A stretch of DNA of 64,000 nucleotides from an uncultured Oscillospiraceae bacterium (GCA_944387625.1 CALXFQ010000001.1:5605-69604); one strand, 5' to 3'. Counted from the first letter of the stretch, positions 27,252-36,984 are shown. The notes: generated from the sequence alone by a model not told the origin. Program-made: numbers and translations.

Positions 27252-27278
27252 ACCGCCGCCTTCGGGCGGCGGTTTTTC
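27252..27278 (+). terminator. intrinsic terminator
   Basis: The hairpin ACCGCCGCC-ttcg-GGCGGCGGT is followed by TTTTT. Confidence 0.8.
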
Positions 27279-27299
27279 TGGTGAAAAGGGAAAATAATC

Positions 27300-27328
27300 T
27301 TGCTTTTTCCCCTGGGCTACAGTATAAT
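27300..27328 (+). promoter_or_regulatory. sigma-A type promoter, TTGCTT-17-TATAAT, for smc
   Basis: The hexamers are at 27300-27305 and 27323-27328. Confidence 0.55.
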
Positions 27329-27362
27329 AGACCGATAAATTTTAGACATTAGAGGTCATGTT

Positions 27363-30300
27363 GTGTATTTAAGATCATTGGAAGTGCAGGGCTTCAAGTC
27401 CTTCCCGGACAAGACCCTGATCCGATTCGGTGACGATATCACCGCCATCGTCGGGCCAAACGGCTCCGGCAAGTCCAATATCTCCGACGCGATCTTGTGG
27501 GTCATGGGCGAGCAAAGCTCCAAGACCCTCCGGGGCGCCAAGATGGAGGACGTGATCTTCGGCGGCACCCAGAAGCGTCCGGCGGTGGGCTTTGCCGAGG
27601 CCACGCTGACCCTGGACAACACCGACCGGGCCTTGGCCATCGACACCGACGAGGTGATGGTCACCCGCCGGTACTACCGTTCCGGGGACAGCGAATACTA
27701 CATCAACCGCCAGTCCGCCCGTCTGCGGGACATCCACGAGATGTTCATGGACACGGGCCTGGGCCGGGAGGGCTATTCCAACATCGGCCAGGGCCGGATC
27801 GACGAGATCTTGTCCCTGAAAAGCGCCGACCGCCGGGAGATCTTTGAGGAGGCGGCGGGCATCTCCAAGTACCGCCATCGGAAGGAAGAAACAGAGCGGA
27901 AGCTGGAAAAGACCGAGGACAACCTGACACGGATCGCGGACAAGGTCTCCGAGCTGGAGCTGCAGCTGGAGCCTTTGAAGGTCCAGTCGGAGAAGGCGAA
28001 AAAGTACCTGGAGCTGAAAGACGAGCTGCAGGGGGTGGAGGTGGCCGTCTGGCTGGACGCCCTGGACCGGCTCTCCGCCGCCGCCAAGAAGGCGGAGGAG
28101 GACTACGCTTCCGCCTCCTTCGTCCTGCGCCAGGCCCATGACGACCTGGACCGGCTCTACGCCCAGGCCAATGAGCTGGCGGAGGTCCTCCACCGCCGGG
28201 ACGGGGAATTGGAGACCGTCCGGGTGAAGGTGAATATGCTGGAAGCCACCCACCAGCAGCTGGACGGCCAGATGGCGGTGCTCAAGGGCAATAAAGAGAA
28301 CAACCTTTCAAATATCGCCCGGATCGACGAGGAACTGCAGGGGGACGAGGACCGCAGCGGCGGCATCGTTGCCCAGATCGGCCAGGCCCGGGAAAGGATC
28401 TGCCAGATCGACGAGGATCTGGAGAAGAAGCGCCGGATCTTGGAGAGCCTGCAGCAGGAGCTGACGGCCATGACCGCCAGCGCCCAGGGCATCGGCCGGC
28501 AGTTTTTGGAACTGCGGGGGAAAGAAACCTCCCTGGCGGCGGACATCGCCGGCCGGGAGGCGGATGTCCGGGGCCTGGAGCAGACCATGGCCCAGACCGG
28601 GTCCCGGATCGACCAGCTGCGGCAGGACCTGGCGGCCGGACAGGACCGGGAGGGCCAGGCGGACCGGGAGCTGGAAAAATGCCGGAAGGCCCTGAGCCAG
28701 GCCCGGGATACCGTCACCGCCGCCAACAATACGATCGGCGGCTACCGGCTGCGCCAGCAGACCCGGCAAAAGCGCCGGGACGAGCTGTCCCAGCAGCTGC
28801 GCCAGATCCTGGGCCAGCTGGATCAGGTCACCGCCAAGACCCGGGTGTTCCGGGCCATGGAGCGGGATCTGGAGGGCTACCAAAAGTCCGTGCGCCTGGT
28901 GGTCCAGGAGGCCCAGCGGGGCAAACTGATGAATATCCACGGTCCCGTGTCCCGGCTGATCCGGACCGAGGACCAGTATACCGTGGCGATCGAGATCGCC
29001 TTAGGCGGCGCCATGCAGCAGATCGTGGTGGACAGCGAAGCCGACGGCAAGGCGGCGATCGCCTTCCTGAAACGCACCGGCGGCGGCCGGGCCACCTTCC
29101 TGCCGATCCGCGCGATCGAGGGCCGTCTTTTGCAGGAGAACGGCATGGAAGGCTGCCGGGGCTATGTGGGCATCGCCGCCCGGCTGGTGACCACCGATGA
29201 CCGTTACCGGGGGATCGTCGATAACCTCCTGGGCCGGACGGTGATCGTCCAGGATATCGACGCCGCCATCGCCATGGCCGGCAAATACCGCAGCCGCTTT
29301 AAGATCGTCACCCTGGACGGCCAGGTGATGAACCCCGGCGGCTCCATGACCGGCGGTTCGGTGAACAAGGACGCGGGGATCTTGTCCCGGGCCAACGAGC
29401 TGGACAAGCTCACCGCCCAGGAAAAGGAGCTGCAGCAGCAAAAGCTCGTTACCGAGGCGGAACTGGCGGAGGCCCAGCGGGCCTTGGACCAGGTGGCTTT
29501 CCAGCTGGACACCGCCGCCGAGGAACTGCGCCGGGCGGAGGACGACTGCCTCCGGCTCCAGGGCCAGGAGAAGCAGCACGAGATCTTATTGCAGGCGATC
29601 CGGGAAGCGGCGGAGGCTGCCCGGCGGGAGCTGGAAGGGCTGGAGCGCCGGCAAAACGATGACCAGCAGCGCCATACCGCCCAGCAGGCCAAGCTGTCGG
29701 TGTACAGCCAGCAGCTGGCCGATACCCGCCAGTCCATCGCCCTGCTGGAAGGATCCCAGGCCGATGCCGCCGCCGCCTCTGCCCAGGTCACCGATCGGAT
29801 GACCGAGCTGAAGACGGAGGAGGCGGCCCTGGAGGCGGAGCGGAACACCGCCCGGAACCACATCCAGGACCTGACGGACCTGCGTACCGCCATGGAAGGG
29901 GACCGGGCCAAGAAGCTGGCCCTGCGGGGGGCGATCGAAGAGGACAATGACCGGCTGGACCGGGAGATCGCCCGGCTTCGGGAGCATCAGCAGGAGAACG
30001 ACCAGGAGGCCGCCGCCATGCGCCGGACCATGGAGCGGGTGGTGGCCGACCGGGCCAGCGCTGAGGCCACCAAGACCCGGTCCGAGCGGGAGGCCCAGGA
30101 GAAGAACAAGGACATTTTGAATATGGAGCGGGCCTGCGCCCTGCTGGAGCAGAAGAAGGTCACCACCGCCATGGAGGAGCGGCAGATCATCGACAAGCTC
30201 TGGGACACCTACGGCCTGACTCCCGGCACCGCCGTGGAGCACCGGGGGCAGATCGAGTCCGTCACCGCCGGCAATCGGAAGATCGCCGAGCTGAAACGGA

Positions 30301-30935
30301 AGATCACCGGCCTGGGCACCCCCAACCTGGGGGCCATCGAGGAATACGCCCGGGTCAACGAGCGCTATACGTACCTGAGCGCCCAGCGGGACGATGTGCT
30401 CACCTCCAAGCGGGAGCTGGAGAGCATCATCCGCAGCATCACCCAGGAGATGACCGCCATCTTCCTGGCGGAGTTTGAAAAGATCGACCACTACTTCGGC
30501 CAGGTCTTTGAGGAGATGTTCGGCGGCGGCAAGGGCCAGCTGATCCTGGAGGATCGGGACGCCCCCCTGACCTGCGGCATCGAGATCCGGGTCCAGCCTC
30601 CGGGAAAGCAGGTGAAGACCATCACCCTGCTCTCCGGCGGCGAGAAGGCTTTCGTGGCTACGGCGCTGTATTTCGCGATCTTGAAGGTCCGGCCTACGCC
30701 GTTTTGCCTTCTGGACGAGATCGACGCCGCTCTGGACGATCGGAACGTGGAGCGGTTCGCCCACTACCTGCGAAACCTGAGCCAGAAGACCCAGTTCATC
30801 GTGATCACCCACAGAAGAGGCACCATGGAAGCCGCCGACGTGCTCTATGGCGTCACCATGCAGGAGCAGGGCGTATCCACCCTGCTGCGGCTGGACCTGA
30901 ACCAGATGGAAGAGCATCTGGGCATCATGGAATAA
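27363..30935 (+). CDS. smc: chromosome segregation protein SMC
   Basis: This is a 1190-aa protein starting MYLRSLEVQGFKSF. It has Walker A GPNGSGKSN, long coiled coils and a hinge, the signature LSGGEKAFVATAL and Walker B LLDEIDAALD. The start is GTG. Confidence 0.95.
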   Translation: MYLRSLEVQGFKSFPDKTLIRFGDDITAIVGPNGSGKSNISDAILWVMGEQSSKTLRGAKMEDVIFGGTQKRPAVGFAEATLTLDNTDRALAIDTDEVMVTRRYYRSGDSEYYINRQSARLRDIHEMFMDTGLGREGYSNIGQGRIDEILSLKSADRREIFEEAAGISKYRHRKEETERKLEKTEDNLTRIADKVSELELQLEPLKVQSEKAKKYLELKDELQGVEVAVWLDALDRLSAAAKKAEEDYASASFVLRQAHDDLDRLYAQANELAEVLHRRDGELETVRVKVNMLEATHQQLDGQMAVLKGNKENNLSNIARIDEELQGDEDRSGGIVAQIGQARERICQIDEDLEKKRRILESLQQELTAMTASAQGIGRQFLELRGKETSLAADIAGREADVRGLEQTMAQTGSRIDQLRQDLAAGQDREGQADRELEKCRKALSQARDTVTAANNTIGGYRLRQQTRQKRRDELSQQLRQILGQLDQVTAKTRVFRAMERDLEGYQKSVRLVVQEAQRGKLMNIHGPVSRLIRTEDQYTVAIEIALGGAMQQIVVDSEADGKAAIAFLKRTGGGRATFLPIRAIEGRLLQENGMEGCRGYVGIAARLVTTDDRYRGIVDNLLGRTVIVQDIDAAIAMAGKYRSRFKIVTLDGQVMNPGGSMTGGSVNKDAGILSRANELDKLTAQEKELQQQKLVTEAELAEAQRALDQVAFQLDTAAEELRRAEDDCLRLQGQEKQHEILLQAIREAAEAARRELEGLERRQNDDQQRHTAQQAKLSVYSQQLADTRQSIALLEGSQADAAAASAQVTDRMTELKTEEAALEAERNTARNHIQDLTDLRTAMEGDRAKKLALRGAIEEDNDRLDREIARLREHQQENDQEAAAMRRTMERVVADRASAEATKTRSEREAQEKNKDILNMERACALLEQKKVTTAMEERQIIDKLWDTYGLTPGTAVEHRGQIESVTAGNRKIAELKRKITGLGTPNLGAIEEYARVNERYTYLSAQRDDVLTSKRELESIIRSITQEMTAIFLAEFEKIDHYFGQVFEEMFGGGKGQLILEDRDAPLTCGIEIRVQPPGKQVKTITLLSGGEKAFVATALYFAILKVRPTPFCLLDEIDAALDDRNVERFAHYLRNLSQKTQFIVITHRRGTMEAADVLYGVTMQEQGVSTLLRLDLNQMEEHLGIME

Positions 30936-30949
30936 GAAAGGAACGACCA

Positions 30950-31855
30950 ATGGGATTTTTTGATAAGATCAAAGCCGGTATGAGCAAGACCCGGGAGGCC
31001 CTGAGCAATACCCTGGACAGCGTGTTCTCCGGCTTCAGCCAGATCGACGACGATTTTTATGACGAGCTGGAGGAGTGCCTGATCCTGGCGGACCTGGGGG
31101 TGGACACCGCCGCCAAGGCCACCCAGCGGCTGCGCCAGGTGGTCAAGGAGAAGCACCTGAAGGACCCGGCGGAGGCCAAGGAGGCCCTGAAGAAGATCCT
31201 GGTGTGGATGCTGGAGGTGGGGGACGTGGATCTGAAGATCTCCACCAAGCCTTCGGTGATCCTGGTGATCGGGGTCAACGGCGTGGGCAAGACCACCACC
31301 ATCGGCAAGATCGCTACCCAATTGACCAAAGAGGGAAAGAACGTGCTGCTGGTGGCGGGGGATACCTTCCGGGCCGCCGCGGCGGACCAGCTTCAGATCT
31401 GGGCGGAGCGCTCCGGGGCGGGGATCGTCCGCCAGCACGAGGGCGCGGACCCGGCCTCCGTGGTCTATGACGGCATCCAGGCCGCCAAGGCCCGGGGGGT
31501 GGACGTGATCATCATCGACACCGCCGGCCGCCTCCACAACAAGACCAACCTGATGAACGAGCTGAACAAGATCTCCCGGATCGTGGAGCGGGAGCTGCCG
31601 GAGGCGGACAAGGAAGTGCTCCTGGTCCTGGACGGCACCACCGGCCAGAACGGCCTGATCCAGGCCCGGCAGTTCCAGCAGATCGCCGGTGTCACCGGCG
31701 TGGTCCTGACCAAGCTGGACGGCACCGCCAAGGGCGGCATCGTGATCGCGGTGTGCGACGCGCTCCAGATCCCGGTGAAGTTCGTAGGGGTGGGGGAGAA
31801 GGCGGATGACCTGATGCCCTTTGAGCCGAAGGACTTTGTGGAGGCGCTGCTGTGA
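30950..31855 (+). CDS. ftsY: signal recognition particle receptor FtsY (short form)
   Basis: It carries GVNGVGKTTT, DTAGRLHN and TKLDGTAKGG. The real start is ATG 30950, and the upstream 82 codons in the track ORF are spurious. Confidence 0.9.
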   Translation: MGFFDKIKAGMSKTREALSNTLDSVFSGFSQIDDDFYDELEECLILADLGVDTAAKATQRLRQVVKEKHLKDPAEAKEALKKILVWMLEVGDVDLKISTKPSVILVIGVNGVGKTTTIGKIATQLTKEGKNVLLVAGDTFRAAAADQLQIWAERSGAGIVRQHEGADPASVVYDGIQAAKARGVDVIIIDTAGRLHNKTNLMNELNKISRIVERELPEADKEVLLVLDGTTGQNGLIQARQFQQIAGVTGVVLTKLDGTAKGGIVIAVCDALQIPVKFVGVGEKADDLMPFEPKDFVEALL

Positions 31856-32460
31856 TGAAAGTGGTACTGGCCAGCAAGAACCCCCACAAGCTGGTGGAGA
31901 TCAGCCAGATCACCGAACGATTCGGCTTCGATCTGGTGCTGCAGTCTGAACTTGGGGTGGACCTGGACGTGGAGGAGACCGGCACCACCTTCGAGGAAAA
32001 TTCCCTGATCAAGGCCCGGGCGGTGATGGAGGCCACCGGCCTGCCCGCCCTGGCGGACGATTCCGGGATCGCGGTGGACGCCCTGAACGGAGAGCCGGGG
32101 ATCTACTCTGCCCGGTACGGCTTCGACGACACTTTGGACGACCGGGGCCGGCTGGAGCTGCTGCTGAAAAACACCCGGCACGTCCCCGACGGCCAGCGCC
32201 AGGCTCAGTTCGTGTGCGTGATCTCCTTCATCACCCCCCAGGGCCAGGTGATCCAGGCCCGGGGCGAGATCCACGGGGAGCTGACTCGGTCGCCCAGGGG
32301 AGAAAACGGCTTCGGCTACGACCCGATCTTCTACTATCCCCCCATGGGCAAGACCACCGCGGAGATGACGCCCCAGGAAAAGCACCAGGTCTCCCACCGG
32401 GGCGTGGCGCTGAGAGTGTTTTATGAGAAATTAAAGGAGGCAGGCTATGCTGACGAGTAA
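31852..32460 (+). CDS. rdgB: dITP/XTP pyrophosphatase (RdgB/HAM1 family)
   Basis: It shows VLASKNPHK, EETGTTFEENS and the FGYDPIF motif. Confidence 0.9.
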   Translation: MMKVVLASKNPHKLVEISQITERFGFDLVLQSELGVDLDVEETGTTFEENSLIKARAVMEATGLPALADDSGIAVDALNGEPGIYSARYGFDDTLDDRGRLELLLKNTRHVPDGQRQAQFVCVISFITPQGQVIQARGEIHGELTRSPRGENGFGYDPIFYYPPMGKTTAEMTPQEKHQVSHRGVALRVFYEKLKEAGYADE

Positions 32461-32917
32461 GGAGCGGGCTCAGCTTCGAGCCCAGGCCAATGGGATAGAA
32501 ACTACGCTGATGGTGGGCAAGGATGGCGTTACCGACACGGTGATCGCCCAGGCGGAGGCCCAGCTCACCGCCCGGGAGCTGATCAAGGGCAAGGTGCTCG
32601 AGAGCGCCTTCATGAGCCCCAGAGAGGTGTCTGACGCGATCTGTGAGGCCACCGGCGCCGACGGCGTGGCGGTGATCGGCACCAAGTTCGTGATCTACCG
32701 TTTCAGCCAGAAGTGCCAGCAGGAGCGCAACCAGACCGGCCGGGCCAAGCGGAAGGCCACCCCGGTGAGCAAGTCCGACCCGGTCCGCAAGGGCCTGCGC
32801 GCCCGCCGGGCCGCCGCCAAAAAGGTCCGGGAGCAGCGCAACGAGTATTTCCGCCAGCAGGCGATCGAGAAGTCCATCGAGCGCAGCCGGGAAAAGCAGC
32901 TGCGGGAGCAGGATTGA
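32447..32917 (+). CDS. yhbY: YhbY/CRS1 family RNA-binding protein with a long basic C-terminal tail
   Basis: The N-terminal 95 aa or so match YhbY (LMVGKDGVTDTVI...ELIKGKV). The last 60 aa or so are Lys/Arg/Gln-rich. Confidence 0.8.
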   Translation: MLTSKERAQLRAQANGIETTLMVGKDGVTDTVIAQAEAQLTARELIKGKVLESAFMSPREVSDAICEATGADGVAVIGTKFVIYRFSQKCQQERNQTGRAKRKATPVSKSDPVRKGLRARRAAAKKVREQRNEYFRQQAIEKSIERSREKQLREQD

Positions 32918-32954
32918 GCTTTTTAAACTAAAAACAGCATAAGGGGGCGTTTTT

Positions 32955-34130
32955 ATGGGTAGGATCGGCATATACGGCGGCACCTTTGACCCGCCGCATA
33001 TGGGACATATATGCGCGGCCAAGGCGGCGATCGACGCGCTGGGCCTGGAGGAGCTTCTGGTGATACCTGACCGGATCGCCCCCCACAAGACCATCCCCGC
33101 CGGATCCCCCGGCCCGGAGCAGCGGCTGGCGATGACCGCCCTGGCCTTCCAGGGGGACCCCCGGATCCGGGTGTCGGACATGGAGCTTCGCCGGGAGGGG
33201 ACGAGCTACACCTATGAAACGGTGGAGGCCCTGGCCCGGCAGTACCCGGACCGGGCGCTGGTGCTCCTGGTAGGCACGGATATGTTCCTCTCCTTCTTTG
33301 ATTGGAAGCACCCGGAGAAGATCTTGTCCAAAGTCACCCTGGGGGTCCTGTACCGGGGGGACCGGGGCGAAGCGGAGGCCATCGAAGCGCAGAAGGCCCG
33401 CCTGGAAGGCATGGGCCATTCGGTGGAGCTGGTCCGCAACCCGGTGATCCCCATCTCCTCTACGGATCTGCGGCGGATGATCGTGTTTCGGTGCGCCGGG
33501 TCCTTCCTGCCCCCAGCCGTGGCGGCATATATCCAGGAACACGGCCTCTACGGCACCGGCCGGGACTACCGGGACCTGCCTATGGAGGAACTGGAGCGGG
33601 TGGTGGTGTCCCTGCTGAAAAAGAGCCGGGTGGCCCATGTGCTGGGCTGCCGGGATACGGCGGTGGACCTGGCCCGCCATTGGGGGGCGGATGTCACCGA
33701 CGCCGCCCGGGCAGGGATCTTGCACGACATCACCAAGGCCCTGGACGGCCCCCTGCAATTGACATTGTGCCGGGAATATGGTACGATGCTCAGTGATTTC
33801 AGCAAAAAATACCCCAAGACCCTCCACGCCCTCACCGGCTCTCTGGTGGCCCGGGAGGTCTTCGGGGAGAACGAGGCGGTGGTCACCGCCATCCGCAGCC
33901 ACACCACCGGCCGGGGCGGCATGAGCCTGCTGGAAAAGATCGTGTATGTGGCGGATTATATGGAGCCGAACCGGGACTTCCCCGGGGTGGAGCGGCTCCG
34001 GACCTTGGCCTACCAGGACATGGACGCGGCGCTGAAGCTGGGTCTGGAAATGACCCTGGAGCATCTGGCCCGCCAGGGCAGTCAGGTATCTCCCCAGACC
34101 AGACAGGCCCTTGCCGAATTGAACGGATAG
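32955..34130 (+). CDS. nadD: fusion protein: nicotinate-nucleotide adenylyltransferase NadD plus HD-domain YqeK (Ap4A hydrolase family)
   Basis: The N-terminal half has GGTFDPPHMGH and ISSTDLR. The C-terminal half has HVLGCRDTA...ILHDITK...YVADYMEPNR. It is a single 391-aa frame. Confidence 0.85.
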   Translation: MGRIGIYGGTFDPPHMGHICAAKAAIDALGLEELLVIPDRIAPHKTIPAGSPGPEQRLAMTALAFQGDPRIRVSDMELRREGTSYTYETVEALARQYPDRALVLLVGTDMFLSFFDWKHPEKILSKVTLGVLYRGDRGEAEAIEAQKARLEGMGHSVELVRNPVIPISSTDLRRMIVFRCAGSFLPPAVAAYIQEHGLYGTGRDYRDLPMEELERVVVSLLKKSRVAHVLGCRDTAVDLARHWGADVTDAARAGILHDITKALDGPLQLTLCREYGTMLSDFSKKYPKTLHALTGSLVAREVFGENEAVVTAIRSHTTGRGGMSLLEKIVYVADYMEPNRDFPGVERLRTLAYQDMDAALKLGLEMTLEHLARQGSQVSPQTRQALAELNG

Positions 34131-34155
34131 ACACCCATAGAAAGGATAGGATGTT

Positions 34156-34524
34156 ATGTTAACTGCAAAAGAGGCCGCCTATCAGGTGACCCAGGCCCTG
34201 GACGCCAAGAAGGGCATGGATATCAAGCTTCTGAAGATCGACCGTGTCAGCTCTCTGGCGGACTACTTCCTGATCTGCACCGGCACATCCAGCACCCACG
34301 TCAAGACCTTGTGCGACTATGCCGAGTACACCATGGAGCAGCTGGGCGAGCCCCTGCTGGGCCGGGAGGGCCACCGGGGCAACAGCTGGGAACTGCTGGA
34401 CTTTGGCAGCGTGGTGGTCCATGTGTTCACCACCGAGGCCCGGGAGTTTTACGCTTTGGAGCGGCTGTGGGCCGACGCGGAAGAGATCGACCTGGCCGAT
34501 ATCCTTCCGAAGCAGATGGGGTAA
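34156..34524 (+). CDS. rsfS: ribosome silencing factor RsfS
   Basis: It shows ADYFLICTGTSSTHV and WELLDFGSVVVHVF...FYALERLW. Confidence 0.9.
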   Translation: MLTAKEAAYQVTQALDAKKGMDIKLLKIDRVSSLADYFLICTGTSSTHVKTLCDYAEYTMEQLGEPLLGREGHRGNSWELLDFGSVVVHVFTTEAREFYALERLWADAEEIDLADILPKQMG

Positions 34525-34530
34525 GGTGCT

Positions 34531-36954
34531 ATGGAGTATAAGCATCAGGATATCGAGGCCAAGTGGCAGCGCTACTGGCAGGAGCATGACACCTTCCACA
34601 CCGATGTGTGGGACTTCTCCAAGCCCAAGTACTATGTACTGGATATGTTCCCGTACCCCTCCGGCGTGGGCCTCCACGCCGGTCATCCCGAGGGCTACAC
34701 CGCCACGGACATCATGTCCCGGATGAAGCGGATGCAGGGCTACAACGTCCTGCATCCCATGGGCTACGACTCTTTCGGCCTGCCGGCGGAGCAGTACGCC
34801 GTGTCCACCGGCCACCATCCCAACGGCTTTACCCAGGACAACATCCAGACCTTCTCCGGCCAGCTCAAGGAGCTGGGCTTCGACTACGACTGGTCCAAGA
34901 CCATCGCCACTTCGGACCCGGAATTTTACAAGTGGACCCAGTGGATCTTCAAGAAGCTCTACGAGGCTGGGTACGCCCGGCGGGTGGAGATGCCGGTGAA
35001 CTGGTGCGAAGAGCTGGGCACCGTGCTGTCCAACGACGAGGTGATCGACGGCAGGTCCGAGCGGGGCGGCTACCCGGTGGTCAAGAAGAACATGATGCAG
35101 TGGGTGATCGACCAGCCCGCCTTTGCCGAAAAGCTTCTGGAGGGCCTGGAGGAGGTGGATTGGCCCCAGTCCACCAAGGAGATCCAGCGCAACTGGATCG
35201 GCAAGAGCACCGGCGTGGAGGTGGACTTCCAGCTGGTCGGCGGCGGCAGCTTCTCGATCTACACCACCTGCATCGAAACGATCTACGGCATCACCTTCAT
35301 GGTGCTGGCGCCGGACGGGGCGCTGGTCCAGTCCCTGATGGATCGGGTGGAGAACCCGGAGGAAGTCCGGGCCTACATCGCCGAGTCGATCAAGAAAAGC
35401 GACATGGACCGCACCGAGCTGAACAAGACCAAGTCCGGCTGTCCGCTGAAGGGGATCCGCGCCATCAACCCGGTCAACGGCAAGGAAGTGCCGGTGTTCA
35501 TCGGCGACTTCGTGCTGGCAAGCTACGGCACCGGCGCGGTGATGGCCGTGCCCAGCCATGACCAGCGGGACTTTGAATACGCCCAGGTCCACGGCATCCC
35601 CATGATCCAGGTGATCGAGGGCCGGGACGTGTCTGAGCGTGCCTTTGAAAAGCAGGATTATCTGGGCAAGGGCTGTAAGCTGATCAACTCCCAGGAGTTT
35701 ACCGGCTTGACGGTGGAGGAGGCCAAGGAGGCCATCACCTGCAAGCTGGAAAAGCTGGGGGTGGCCCGGCGGAAGGTCAACTACCACTTCCGGGAGTGGA
35801 TCTTCGCCCGCCAGCGCTACTGGGGCGAGCCGGTGCCTTGCATCTACACCGAAGACGGCAAGACCGTGTTCCTCCCGGACGAGGAGCTGCCGGTGGTACT
35901 GCCGGTGCTGGAGGACTACAAGGGCCGGGGCGGCAAAGCTCCGCTGGAGAACGCCCAGGAGTGGAAGCACTACGATAAAAACGGCCTGAAGGGCCTGCGG
36001 GAGACCTCCACCATGCCTGGCTCCGCCGGTTCCTCCTGGTACTATATGCGCTATATCGACCCGAAGAACGATCAGGCCCTGTGCGATCCGGCGCTTTTGA
36101 AGCACTGGATGCCGGTGGACCTGTACATCGGCGGCCCGGAGCACGCGGTAGGCCACCTGATCTACGCCCGGATCTGGAACCGCTTCCTCTACGACCAGGG
36201 GATCTCCCCGGTGAAGGAGCCTTTCCAGAAGCTGGTCCACCAGGGCATGATCCTGGGGGAGAACGGCATCAAGATGGGCAAGCGCTACCCGGAATACGTG
36301 GTCAACCCCAGCGACATCGTCCGGGAGTACGGCGCGGACACCCTGCGGCTGTATGAGATGTTCATGGGCCCTCTGGAGGTGTCCAAGCCCTGGAGCATGA
36401 CCGGCGTGGCCGGCGCCCGGAAGTTCATCAACCGGGTGTGGAACTTCTTCACCGACCCTGGGAAGATCACCCAGGAAGACGACGGCAAGCTCACCAAGAT
36501 CTACCACCAGACGGTGAAGAAGGTCACATCCGACTTTGAGGTCCTGGGCTTCAACACCGCCATCGCCCAGATGATGGTCTTCGTCAACGAGGTCTACAAG
36601 AACGGCACCTGCCCCCGGGCCTACGCCGAGGGCTTCATCAAGATGCTCTCGTGCATCACCCCCCATGCAGGGGAGGAGATCTGGCAGATCCTGGGCCATC
36701 AGGACACCATCGCCTTTGAGCCTTGGCCCACCTACGACGAGGACAAGTGCCGGGACGCCCAGGTGACCATCGCCGTCCAGATCAACGGCAAGATGCGCGG
36801 CACCGTGGTGATGGAGGCGGACCTGGACAACGACGCCGTGGTGGCAAACGCCGTGGCGGACGAGAAGATCGCCCGGTCCCTGGAAAAGCAGGGGGGCCAG
36901 ATCGTCAAGACCATCGTGGTGAAGAACAAGCTGGTGAATTTGATCGTAAAGTGA
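34531..36954 (+). CDS. leuS: leucine--tRNA ligase
   Basis: It shows MFPYPSGVGLHAGHPEGY (HIGH region) and the KMSKS-like motif GIKMGKR. It is 807 aa long. The 6-nt gap from rsfS leaves no room for a T-box leader. Confidence 0.95.
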   Translation: MEYKHQDIEAKWQRYWQEHDTFHTDVWDFSKPKYYVLDMFPYPSGVGLHAGHPEGYTATDIMSRMKRMQGYNVLHPMGYDSFGLPAEQYAVSTGHHPNGFTQDNIQTFSGQLKELGFDYDWSKTIATSDPEFYKWTQWIFKKLYEAGYARRVEMPVNWCEELGTVLSNDEVIDGRSERGGYPVVKKNMMQWVIDQPAFAEKLLEGLEEVDWPQSTKEIQRNWIGKSTGVEVDFQLVGGGSFSIYTTCIETIYGITFMVLAPDGALVQSLMDRVENPEEVRAYIAESIKKSDMDRTELNKTKSGCPLKGIRAINPVNGKEVPVFIGDFVLASYGTGAVMAVPSHDQRDFEYAQVHGIPMIQVIEGRDVSERAFEKQDYLGKGCKLINSQEFTGLTVEEAKEAITCKLEKLGVARRKVNYHFREWIFARQRYWGEPVPCIYTEDGKTVFLPDEELPVVLPVLEDYKGRGGKAPLENAQEWKHYDKNGLKGLRETSTMPGSAGSSWYYMRYIDPKNDQALCDPALLKHWMPVDLYIGGPEHAVGHLIYARIWNRFLYDQGISPVKEPFQKLVHQGMILGENGIKMGKRYPEYVVNPSDIVREYGADTLRLYEMFMGPLEVSKPWSMTGVAGARKFINRVWNFFTDPGKITQEDDGKLTKIYHQTVKKVTSDFEVLGFNTAIAQMMVFVNEVYKNGTCPRAYAEGFIKMLSCITPHAGEEIWQILGHQDTIAFEPWPTYDEDKCRDAQVTIAVQINGKMRGTVVMEADLDNDAVVANAVADEKIARSLEKQGGQIVKTIVVKNKLVNLIVK

Positions 36955-36984
36955 CCGCTCTTAGCAAATTTCCTAAAATCCTCC

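Noticed and set aside
34525-34530. A T-box leader expected upstream of leuS.
   Set aside because: Only 6 nt separate rsfS from leuS. leuS is therefore transcribed as part of the yhbY-nadD/yqeK-rsfS operon, and there is no room for a riboswitch.
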